Sequence record: MZ997840.1
Length of the DNA stretch: 44,728 nucleotides
Reading direction: 5' to 3' (one strand)
DNA from: Escherichia phage ULINTec6
Both the position numbers and the translations under genes were made by a program. Below the pieces are notes generated by a model that saw nothing but the letters and a program-made list of their open reading frames with translations, searched no databases and was not told the origin of the DNA. Below, piece by piece: positions 37,314-44,728 of the stretch; positions within the stretch are counted from its first letter, which is position 1; each line of letters starts with the position of its first letter.

Positions 37314-37596
37314 ACATGCAGCTACAGAGGACGAGGTTGGCATTCTGCATGGTGCTATTACCAAAATCTTTAATAAGAAAGCACAGGCAATACTGGACAC
37401 TATAGAAGGAGATCCAGATGCAGCACTGCATTTAGTGTCTGGTAAAGACATTGGAGCTATGTGTAAGTGGGTTCTTGATAATGGTATTACCGCTACACCT
37501 GCTGCACAGCAGGAAGAGTCCAAGTTATCTAAGCGCCTCAAGGCTATCCGAGAGGCATCCAGTGGTAAGATAATTCAATTCACTAAGGAGGGCTGA
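37297..37596 (+). CDS. Terminase small subunit
   Basis: 99 aa, immediately upstream of and overlapping the large terminase; GTG start after AGGAGAG RBS; assignment by position. Confidence 0.6.
   Translation: MSVHNKHAATEDEVGILHGAITKIFNKKAQAILDTIEGDPDAALHLVSGKDIGAMCKWVLDNGITATPAAQQEESKLSKRLKAIREASSGKIIQFTKEG
37389..37410 (+). promoter_or_regulatory. Phage promoter embedded in the small terminase CDS (AATACTGGACACTATAGAAGGA)
   Basis: Near-full consensus inside the coding sequence. Confidence 0.55.
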
Positions 37597-39494
37597 TGGC
37601 TAAGGCAAGAGAGTCACAAGCGGAGGCTCTTGCCAGATGGGAGATGCTACAGGAGTTACAGCAGACCTTTCCGTACACATCGGAAGGTTTGCTTCTCTTT
37701 GCAGACACAGTTATCCATAACTTGATTGCAGGCAACCCTCATCTGATTCGTATGCAGGCTGACATCTTGAAGTTCCTATTCTACGGACATAAGTATCGCC
37801 TCATCGAAGCGCCTCGTGGCATCGCTAAGACAACATTATCAGCAATCTATACAGTCTTCCGTATCATACATGAACCTCACAAACGTATCATGGTGGTATC
37901 CCAAAATGCTAAGCGAGCAGAGGAAATCGCAGGTTGGGTAGTTAAAATCTTCCGTGGCTTAGACTTTCTTGAGTTTATGCTGCCGGATATCTACGCTGGG
38001 GACCGTGCATCCGTTAAGGCGTTCGAGATTCATTACACCCTACGTGGTAGTGATAAGTCTCCCTCTGTATCCTGTTACTCAATCGAAGCAGGTATGCAGG
38101 GTGCTCGTGCTGATATTATTCTAGCGGATGACGTAGAGTCGATGCAGAATGCTCGTACGGCAGCGGGCCGTGCCTTGCTTGAGGAACTGACTAAGGAGTT
38201 TGAATCTATCAACCAGTTTGGGGATATCATTTACCTTGGTACGCCTCAGAACGTAAACTCTATCTACAACAACCTACCTGCTCGTGGTTACTCTGTTCGT
38301 ATCTGGACTGCGCGTTATCCTTCAGTAGAGCAAGAGCAATGTTATGGTGACTTCCTTGCACCTATGATTGTTCAAGATATGAAGGACAACCCAGCACTTC
38401 GCTCAGGGTACGGGTTGGATGGTAATAGTGGTGCACCTTGTGCCCCTGAAATGTATGATGATGAAGTCCTGATTGAGAAGGAAATCTCTCAGGGTGCGGC
38501 TAAGTTCCAGCTTCAGTTCATGCTTAACACTCGCATGATGGATGCAGACCGCTACCCGCTTCGCTTGAACAACCTTATCTTCACTTCATTCGGTACTGAG
38601 GAAGTCCCTGTGATGCCTACGTGGAGCAACGACTCCATCAACATCATTGGAGATGCACCGAAGTATGGCAATAAACCTACAGACTTCATGTATAGACCTG
38701 TGGCCCGTCCTTATGAATGGGGGGCTGTTACCCGCAAGATTATGTATATCGACCCAGCGGGTGGTGGTAAGAACGGAGATGAAACAGGCGTGGCTATAGT
38801 CTTTCTGCACGGCACATTCATTTACGTGTATCAGTGCTTCGGTGTGCCAGGCGGATACCGTGAATCGTCCCTGAATCGCATTGTGCAGGCCGCAAAGCAG
38901 GCGGGTGTTAAAGAGGTATTCATTGAGAAGAACTTTGGTCATGGCGCGTTTGAGGCCGTTATAAAGCCATACTTTGAACGAGAGTGGCCTGTAACTCTGG
39001 AAGAGGATTACGCCACAGGACAGAAAGAGTTGCGTATCATTGAGACGCTGGAGCCACTCATGGCGGCCCACAGGCTCATCTTTAACGCAGAGATGGTGAA
39101 ATCGGACTTTGATTCGGTACAGAACTATCCGCTTGAGCTACGCATGTCCTACAGTCTTTTCAATCAAATGTCGAACATCACGATTGAGAAGAACAGCCTC
39201 CGGCACGATGACCGCCTAGACGCTCTGTATGGCGCTATACGGCAATTAACTTCTCAGATAGACTATGACGAGGTTACACGGATTAATCGCCTCAGAGCGC
39301 AGGAGATGCGCGATTACATCCATGCTATGAACACACCTCACCTCCGTAGGGCTATGCTCTATGGAGATTATGGCACTGAGCGAAGAGTAACCAACACTTC
39401 CGTGGCTATGCAGCAAAGAGTGTACGGTCAGAATTACAGGAGTAAATCGGCCAACCGAAATACACTTTCTGCAAGGATTTCAAGGACTTATTAA
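37596..39494 (+). CDS. Terminase large subunit
   Basis: 632 aa; Walker A-like EAPRGIAKTT; late position as for T7 gene 19. Confidence 0.9.
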   Translation: MAKARESQAEALARWEMLQELQQTFPYTSEGLLLFADTVIHNLIAGNPHLIRMQADILKFLFYGHKYRLIEAPRGIAKTTLSAIYTVFRIIHEPHKRIMVVSQNAKRAEEIAGWVVKIFRGLDFLEFMLPDIYAGDRASVKAFEIHYTLRGSDKSPSVSCYSIEAGMQGARADIILADDVESMQNARTAAGRALLEELTKEFESINQFGDIIYLGTPQNVNSIYNNLPARGYSVRIWTARYPSVEQEQCYGDFLAPMIVQDMKDNPALRSGYGLDGNSGAPCAPEMYDDEVLIEKEISQGAAKFQLQFMLNTRMMDADRYPLRLNNLIFTSFGTEEVPVMPTWSNDSINIIGDAPKYGNKPTDFMYRPVARPYEWGAVTRKIMYIDPAGGGKNGDETGVAIVFLHGTFIYVYQCFGVPGGYRESSLNRIVQAAKQAGVKEVFIEKNFGHGAFEAVIKPYFEREWPVTLEEDYATGQKELRIIETLEPLMAAHRLIFNAEMVKSDFDSVQNYPLELRMSYSLFNQMSNITIEKNSLRHDDRLDALYGAIRQLTSQIDYDEVTRINRLRAQEMRDYIHAMNTPHLRRAMLYGDYGTERRVTNTSVAMQQRVYGQNYRSKSANRNTLSARISRTY

Positions 39495-39516
39495 TTACTG
39501 GACACTATAGAAGGAA
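39494..39516 (+). promoter_or_regulatory. Phage RNAP promoter after the terminase (AATTACTGGACACTATAGAAGG)
   Basis: Full consensus; followed by an AT-rich repeat region and an 8-bp perfect hairpin (gggtgtac-tcct-gtacaccc). Confidence 0.8.
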
Positions 39517-39654
39517 GGCCCAGATAATAAGAGAAATAACAAGGATAATATAGGTTAACCTAGGGTATATAGGTATGCCTTAGTATGGGTGTACTCCTGT
39601 ACACCCTATTCCTTACTTCCTTACTATACTCACATAATAGGAGAGAGAAAAAAA

Positions 39655-39933
39655 ATGTCTAATAGTTATAGCACACAACCCCTTACAGGTAAGTCTGCTC
39701 GTAAGCAGATACAACCTGTGAGTGAAGCCCTGATGCTTCCTGTAGTTTACGAGGACACTGTTGAGAAGAAAGGTGATGTTATTAATGATGCCACCAAATC
39801 AGGTAAGCAGAAAGGAGCCATGGTGTGTCTTGATACACATGATACACTGGTTATTGCTATCGCAGTTGATGGCAAAGAAGATTCCAATTGGCTGACCACG
39901 TTATTAGCGGTCACTACTATTACCCCAGCTTAA
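39655..39933 (+). CDS. Hypothetical protein, member A of a tandem paralogous pair
   Basis: AGGAGAG RBS then ATG 39655; shares MSN..TG...SGKQKG.MV...L.IAIA...TP.A pattern with the next gene. Confidence 0.55.
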   Translation: MSNSYSTQPLTGKSARKQIQPVSEALMLPVVYEDTVEKKGDVINDATKSGKQKGAMVCLDTHDTLVIAIAVDGKEDSNWLTTLLAVTTITPA

Positions 39934-39945
39934 GAGGAGAATTAC

Positions 39946-40233
39946 ATGTCTAATTATGGAAACGCAGGTACTGTTACTGGTCAAGCTTTTCGAGTAAAAA
40001 CTGTACAAACCACTGCAACGGCAATCCCTTTGCCTATTGTTGCTGAAGCAGACCTTAAGAAGAAAGATCACCCTATCAACATTAAACACCTATCTGGCAA
40101 ACAGAAAGGCTCCATGGTTGCTGTAGAGAAAGCAGACAACTCCTTGTACATCGCTATTGCACGTGGTAGTGAACCAACTGACCCTTGGGATGCAACCACT
40201 ATGGAGGAGACACCTGTAACCCCTATAGCTTAA
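39946..40233 (+). CDS. Hypothetical protein, member B of a tandem paralogous pair
   Basis: GAGGAG RBS; clear similarity to 39655..39933. Confidence 0.55.
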   Translation: MSNYGNAGTVTGQAFRVKTVQTTATAIPLPIVAEADLKKKDHPINIKHLSGKQKGSMVAVEKADNSLYIAIARGSEPTDPWDATTMEETPVTPIA

Positions 40234-40242
40234 TTGTAACAG

Positions 40243-40599
40243 ATGAGGTCGGTGGTGCTTAATAGATACTTCAAGCGACGCGAGTTCGCTTGCCGTTGTG
40301 GATGCGGTACATCCACTGTTGATGCTGAGTTACTACAGGTAATCACAGATGTGCGTGAGCACTTTGGCGCACCTGTAGTTATTACCTCTGGTCATCGCTG
40401 TGCAAAGCACAATGCCAACGTAGGTGGAGCAAAAGGTTCCATGCATCTTACTGGTAAGGCTGCTGACATTAAGGTACAAGGTATTACACCTTACCGTGTA
40501 TGGTCTTACCTAACAGCACGATACCCTAATAGGTATGGTATTGGGTCTTACCCTAACTTCACTCACATTGATGTACGAGATGGGTGTGCACGATGGTAA
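40243..40599 (+). CDS. Peptidase M15-type zinc peptidoglycan hydrolase (putative endolysin)
   Basis: SGHRCAKHN, SMHLTGKAADI and FTHIDVRD motifs typical of M15 D-Ala-D-Ala carboxypeptidase / L-Ala-D-Glu peptidase-like enzymes. Confidence 0.7.
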   Translation: MRSVVLNRYFKRREFACRCGCGTSTVDAELLQVITDVREHFGAPVVITSGHRCAKHNANVGGAKGSMHLTGKAADIKVQGITPYRVWSYLTARYPNRYGIGSYPNFTHIDVRDGCARW

Positions 40600-40707
40600 G
40601 ATGTATTGAATGGTGCGAGCGCATGGTTACTCAAGCTGCCGAGGATGGCAACTATGATGACTGGAAGAATTACTCTGACTTGTTAGCTCAATGGAAAGGG
40701 AGATGCA

Positions 40708-40857
40708 ATGAAAAAGCTGTTTAAGTCTAAGAAAGTGGTAGGTGCGCTGGTTGCACTGGTGATTGCTCTTGTTTCTGTAGGTCTTGGCGTAGACCTAGGT
40801 GGAGGTACGGAAGGTTCCGTCACTGACGTGGTATGCCAAGTAATCACCTGTGAATAA
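40708..40857 (+). CDS. Small single-pass membrane protein (49 aa; holin/antiholin-like)
   Basis: GGAG RBS; MKKLFKSKKVVGALVALVIALVSVGLG; below ORF-track cutoff. Confidence 0.35.
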   Translation: MKKLFKSKKVVGALVALVIALVSVGLGVDLGGGTEGSVTDVVCQVITCE

Positions 40858-41071
40858 GGTGCTTGAGGTGGTGGCAGGCCTTATTGGCCTGCTGCTTGCC
40901 GCTAAGAATAAGAAGGAAGAGAAGGAGGCACAAAGTGAGGCGAATCATGCTAGCGACAATCCTGCTGATTGGTTCGCTGATCACTTCAGGGTGTCAGACG
41001 GCGTTACCAGAGAATCCAAAGGTAAAGCCCCTGAAGCCGACGCTGACGGCAGTTTACGAGGTGGACGATAA
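40850..41071 (+). CDS. Putative i-spanin (Rz-like)
   Basis: N-terminal TM helix VLEVVAGLIGLLLAA then charged domain; contains the o-spanin start in the +1 frame; exact start uncertain. Confidence 0.5.
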   Translation: MNKVLEVVAGLIGLLLAAKNKKEEKEAQSEANHASDNPADWFADHFRVSDGVTRESKGKAPEADADGSLRGGR

Positions 41072-41144
41072 AGTCTGCTTCAGTAAGCCTGACGCTACAA
41101 AATTAGGTCTGTACATTCTCTCGCTAGAAAGCGGGTATAATTAA
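40947..41144 (+). CDS. Putative o-spanin (Rz1-like outer-membrane lipoprotein)
   Basis: Lipoprotein signal with lipobox LITSGC, proline-rich mature part QTALPENPKVKPLKPTL; starts inside the i-spanin ORF in another frame and extends past it. Confidence 0.6.
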   Translation: MLATILLIGSLITSGCQTALPENPKVKPLKPTLTAVYEVDDKVCFSKPDATKLGLYILSLESGYN

Positions 41145-41173
41145 TACATAGTTTTATGTATCAGTGTCTTACG

Positions 41174-41196
41174 ATTTACTGGACACTATAGAAGAG
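41174..41196 (+). promoter_or_regulatory. Phage RNAP promoter upstream of the tailspike module (ATTTACTGGACACTATAGAAGAG)
   Basis: Full consensus. Confidence 0.8.
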
Positions 41197-41275
41197 ATAA
41201 GATAGTGCCGTTCTTTTGAGCGGCCTATTACTAGCCAATCTTCATAGTGAGGGTTGGGAAGTAATAGGAGATTAT

Positions 41276-41611
41276 ATGGCTAAGTTAACTAAACCAAAGA
41301 CAACTGGCTTACTACACGGAGACACTGTACTAGCTACATTGTTAGATAATTTACTATCTAAAAGGCGTGTTACCTTTGAAGGTGTAGTTACAAGTGAAGA
41401 TACTAAAATTGAGATAGAAGTACCTTCAACGGGAGATTTAGATTCTTCGTGGGCATCGCTTGTATCACTAAGTACACCTGCACTTTGTACAGCTTGGATC
41501 ACTAAAGTGTCAGATACAAGATTAGAAGTACATGTGTTCCATACAGCACAAGTTGAAATAGACATAGAGGTAGATGTTTACGTCCTAGGTAAACACACTG
41601 TCAGTGCGTAA
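41276..41611 (+). CDS. Hypothetical protein (111 aa) upstream of the tailspike
   Basis: AGGAG RBS then ATG 41276; no recognisable motifs. Confidence 0.5.
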   Translation: MAKLTKPKTTGLLHGDTVLATLLDNLLSKRRVTFEGVVTSEDTKIEIEVPSTGDLDSSWASLVSLSTPALCTAWITKVSDTRLEVHVFHTAQVEIDIEVDVYVLGKHTVSA

Positions 41612-41678
41612 GCACTGCTTTTCGCGCAACTTTTCTTAAAGGTTATCATGATGGTAGCCTTTCAGAAAAGGAGGTTAC

Positions 41679-44114
41679 ATGATTCAAAGACTAGGTTCTT
41701 CATTAGTTAAATTCAAGAGTAAAATAGCAGGTGCAATCTGGCGTAACTTGGATGACAAGCTCACAGAGGTTGTGTCGCTTAAAGACTTTGGAGCCAAAGG
41801 CGATGGTAATACAAACGACCAAGATGCAGTAAATGCAGCGATGGCTTCAGGTAAGAGAATTGACGGTGCTGGTGCTACTTACAAAGTATCATCTTTACCT
41901 GATATGGAGCGGTTCTATAATACACGTTTCTTATGGGAACGTTTAGCGGGTCAACCTCTTTACTATGTGAGTAAAGGTTTTATCAATGGTGAACTCTATA
42001 AAATCACGGATAACCCTTATTACAATGCTTGGCCTCAAGACAAGGCGTTTGTATATGATAATGTGATATATGCACCTTACATGGGTAGCGACCGTCACGG
42101 TGTTAGTCGTCTGCATGTATCATGGGTTAAGTCTGGTGACGACGGTCAAACATGGTCTACCCCAGAGTGGTTAACTGATCTGCATCCAGATTACCCTACA
42201 GTGAACTACCATTGTATGAGTATGGGTATATGTCGCAACCGTCTGTTTGCCATGATTGAAACACGTACTTTAGCCAAGAACGCACTAACCAATTGTGCAT
42301 TGTGGGACCGCCCTATGTCTCGTAGTCTGCATCTTACGGGTGGTATCACTAAGGCTGCAAATCAGCGATATGCAACAATACATGTACCAGATCACGGACT
42401 ATTCGTTGGCGATTTTGTTAACTTCTCTAATTCTGCGGTAACAGGTGTATCAGGTGATATGACTGTTGCAACGGTAATAGATAAGGACAACTTCACGGTT
42501 CTTACACCTAACCAGCAGACTTCAGATTTGAATAACGCTGGAAAAAGTTGGCACATGGGTACTTCTTTCCATAAGTCTCCATGGCGTAAGACAGATCTGG
42601 GTCTGATCCCTCGTGTCACAGAGGTGCATAGCTTTGCTACTATTGATAATAATGGCTTTGTTATGGGCTATCATCAAGGTGATGTAGCTCCACGAGAAGT
42701 TGGGCTTTTCTACTTCCCTGATGCTTTCAATAGCCCATCTAATTATGTTCGTCGTCAGATACCATCTGAGTATGAACCAGATGCGTCAGAACCATGCATC
42801 AAGTACTATGACGGTGTATTATACCTTATCACTCGTGGCACTCGTGGTGACAGACTTGGAAGCTCTTTGCATCGTAGTAGAGATATAGGTCAGACTTGGG
42901 AGTCACTAAGATTTCCACATAATGTGCATCATACTACTTTACCGTTTGCTAAGGTAGGAGATGACCTTATTATGTTTGGTTCAGAACGTGCAGAAAACGA
43001 ATGGGAAGCAGGTGCACCAGATGATCGTTACAAGGCATCTTATCCTCGTACCTTCTATGCACGATTGAATGTAAACAAATGGAATGCAGATGATATTGAA
43101 TGGGTTAACATCACAGACCAAATCTATCAGGGTGACATTGTTAACTCCAGTGTAGGGGTAGGTTCTGTTATAGTTAAAGACAGCTACATTTACTATATCT
43201 TTGGTGGTGAAAACCATTTCAACCCAATGACTTATGGTGACAACAAAGATAAAGACCCATTTAAAGGGCACGGACACCCTACTGATATATACTGCTATAA
43301 GATGCAGATTGCAAATGACAATCGTGTATCTCGTAAGTTTACATATGGTGCAACTCCTGGTCAGGCTATACCTACTTTCATGGGTACTGATGGCATCCGA
43401 AATATTCCTGCACCTTTGTATTTCTCAGATGACATTGTTACAGAGGATGCTAAAGTTGGACACTTAACACTTAAAGCAAGCACAAGTGCCAATATACGGT
43501 CTGAAGTGCAGATGGAGGGTGAGTATGGCTTTATTGGCAAGTCTGTTCCAAAGGATAACCAAACAGGTCAACGTTTGATTATTTGTGGTGGCGAAGGTGC
43601 TTCATCTTCTTCAGGTGCACAGATAACTTTGCACGGCTCTAATTCGAGTAATGCTAAGCGTATCACTTATAACGGAAATGAGCACCTATTCCAAGGTGCA
43701 CCAATCATGCCTGCTGTAGATAACCAGTTTGCTGCCGGTGGACCTAGTAACCGATTCACTACCATCTACCTAGGTAGTGACCCTGTTACAACTTCAGATG
43801 CTGACCACAAGTACGGTATCTCTAGTATTAATACCAAGGTGTTAAAGGCTTGGAGTAGGGTTGGTTTTAAACAGTATGGTTTGAATAGTGAAGAAGAGAG
43901 GAACCTTGATAGCATACACTTCGGTGTCTTGGCTCAGGATATTGTAGCTGCTTTTGAAGCTGAAGGATTGGATGCCATTAAGTATGGAATTGTGTCCTTC
44001 GAAGAAGGTAGGTATGGTGTAAGGTATAGTGAAGTTCTAATCCTAGAGGCTGCCTATACTCGCCATCGTCTTGATAAATTAGAGGAGCTGTATGCCACTA
44101 ATAAAATCAGTTAA
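41679..44114 (+). CDS. Tailspike protein with Asp-box (sialidase-like) motifs and C-terminal intramolecular chaperone domain; likely capsule-depolymerising endosialidase
   Basis: 811 aa; Asp boxes SGDDGQTWS and SRDIGQTWES; N-terminal DFGAKGDGNTNDQDAV; C-terminal SDADHKYGISSINTKV...IHFGVLAQDIVAAFEAEG resembles the autocleaving chaperone domain of phage tailspikes/endosialidases. Confidence 0.8.
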   Translation: MIQRLGSSLVKFKSKIAGAIWRNLDDKLTEVVSLKDFGAKGDGNTNDQDAVNAAMASGKRIDGAGATYKVSSLPDMERFYNTRFLWERLAGQPLYYVSKGFINGELYKITDNPYYNAWPQDKAFVYDNVIYAPYMGSDRHGVSRLHVSWVKSGDDGQTWSTPEWLTDLHPDYPTVNYHCMSMGICRNRLFAMIETRTLAKNALTNCALWDRPMSRSLHLTGGITKAANQRYATIHVPDHGLFVGDFVNFSNSAVTGVSGDMTVATVIDKDNFTVLTPNQQTSDLNNAGKSWHMGTSFHKSPWRKTDLGLIPRVTEVHSFATIDNNGFVMGYHQGDVAPREVGLFYFPDAFNSPSNYVRRQIPSEYEPDASEPCIKYYDGVLYLITRGTRGDRLGSSLHRSRDIGQTWESLRFPHNVHHTTLPFAKVGDDLIMFGSERAENEWEAGAPDDRYKASYPRTFYARLNVNKWNADDIEWVNITDQIYQGDIVNSSVGVGSVIVKDSYIYYIFGGENHFNPMTYGDNKDKDPFKGHGHPTDIYCYKMQIANDNRVSRKFTYGATPGQAIPTFMGTDGIRNIPAPLYFSDDIVTEDAKVGHLTLKASTSANIRSEVQMEGEYGFIGKSVPKDNQTGQRLIICGGEGASSSSGAQITLHGSNSSNAKRITYNGNEHLFQGAPIMPAVDNQFAAGGPSNRFTTIYLGSDPVTTSDADHKYGISSINTKVLKAWSRVGFKQYGLNSEEERNLDSIHFGVLAQDIVAAFEAEGLDAIKYGIVSFEEGRYGVRYSEVLILEAAYTRHRLDKLEELYATNKIS

Positions 44115-44241
44115 GCAATCTGCTGTACGCCAGAACACAGAAGAACTTATTCAATCAGGACGTGACCCTAAGCAGGCTTATGCCATTGCCAAGGGTATAC
44201 AACGTCGTGCCTTGAATAAACCTTCTGCATCTTCTGCTTAA
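44092..44241 (+). CDS. Small basic ORF (49 aa) overlapping the tailspike 3' end
   Basis: GAGGAG RBS 5 nt upstream of ATG; hand translation; speculative. Confidence 0.25.
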   Translation: MPLIKSVKQSAVRQNTEELIQSGRDPKQAYAIAKGIQRRALNKPSASSA

Positions 44242-44640
44242 GCAGGTTAATATCTTAGTGTACACAAGGGCAGACTTAGGTTTGCTCTTAGTGTCATCAA
44301 AGGAGGTTGTAGGTATGTTATCGTTGTTGTGTATACTCAGTGATGTCCTAGGTCGTAAGAGGTACATTCTTAGTGAAGACCAAATAAGGGACGAGAAGAT
44401 ACGGAGGTCGCTCACAAAGTAACCAAAGTCAAAATTTTGATATAGGCGTGTGTGGGGTGTCTCGCCCTCGCCCTCGCCGGGTTGCCCCCATAGGGTGGCC
44501 TGAGGGAATCCGTCTTCGACGGGCAGGGCTGATGTACTCCTTGGATAGTACAAGGGAGGCGGAGGGAACGCCTAGGGAGGCCTAGGAATGACTTAGTGGT
44601 GGACAAGGTGATTACCTTAGTGAAGCCTCTTAGTGCATTC
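44240..44640. repeat. Right-end region with CTTAGTG short repeats and a GC-rich CGCCCT tandem motif
   Basis: cttagtg at about 44247, 44283, 44594, 44617 and 44628; cgccctcgccctcgcc at about 44462; same motif family as the left end. Confidence 0.45.
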
Positions 44641-44728
44641 CTGAGGCCATTCAGGGCGTTTATGAGGTATTGACAGGGTGGATGGGTGTGGGCTATCTGT
44701 TCGTTTCGTTCACTCCGCTTGCGCTACG

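Noticed and set aside
1-44728. Exact direct terminal repeat between window start and end (complete genome with both terminal repeats)
   Set aside because: Only a short imperfect similarity (ttcactc..gct) between the first and last approximately 20 bases; cannot be established by eye.

Overview
The window appears to be a near-complete genome of a T7-supergroup podophage of the SP6-like type (Autographiviridae), with every supported gene on the + strand. The assignment rests on a single-subunit RNA polymerase (3295..5922) and about twelve copies of an SP6-type phage promoter (consensus ATTTACTGGACACTATAGAAG). Gene order is early region with an Ocr-like anti-restriction gene, RNAP, gene 1.1-like, primase-helicase, DNA polymerase, exonuclease, endonuclease VII, DNA ligase, portal, scaffold, capsid, tail tubular A/B, three internal virion proteins, tail-fibre adapter, holin, small and large terminase, a lysis cassette (M15 peptidase, spanins) and a terminal tailspike. 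The tailspike carries two Asp-box motifs and a C-terminal chaperone-like domain; from memory it resembles the endosialidase of K1-capsule-specific coliphages (K1E/K1-5 type), which I could not verify by search. The most notable finding is that the primase-helicase gene is interrupted inside its Walker A P-loop by a 787-bp insert with group I intron hallmarks (P/Q/R/S-like elements, P1 pairing with a U-G wobble at the 5' splice site, terminal G) that encodes an HNH homing endonuclease. Other observations are a second free-standing HNH endonuclease whose 3' end overlaps a phage promoter, a 16-bp palindrome (GTCTCACATGTGAGAC) dispersed six times, a candidate primary origin between two promoter-plus-palindrome units, a thrice-repeated GCTCTTTAACAA motif in the early region, tandem paralogous small genes after the terminase, and short CTTAGT repeats at both ends. 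No rRNA, tRNA or CRISPR array was recognised. All functional calls come from motif and synteny reading by eye; no database search was run.
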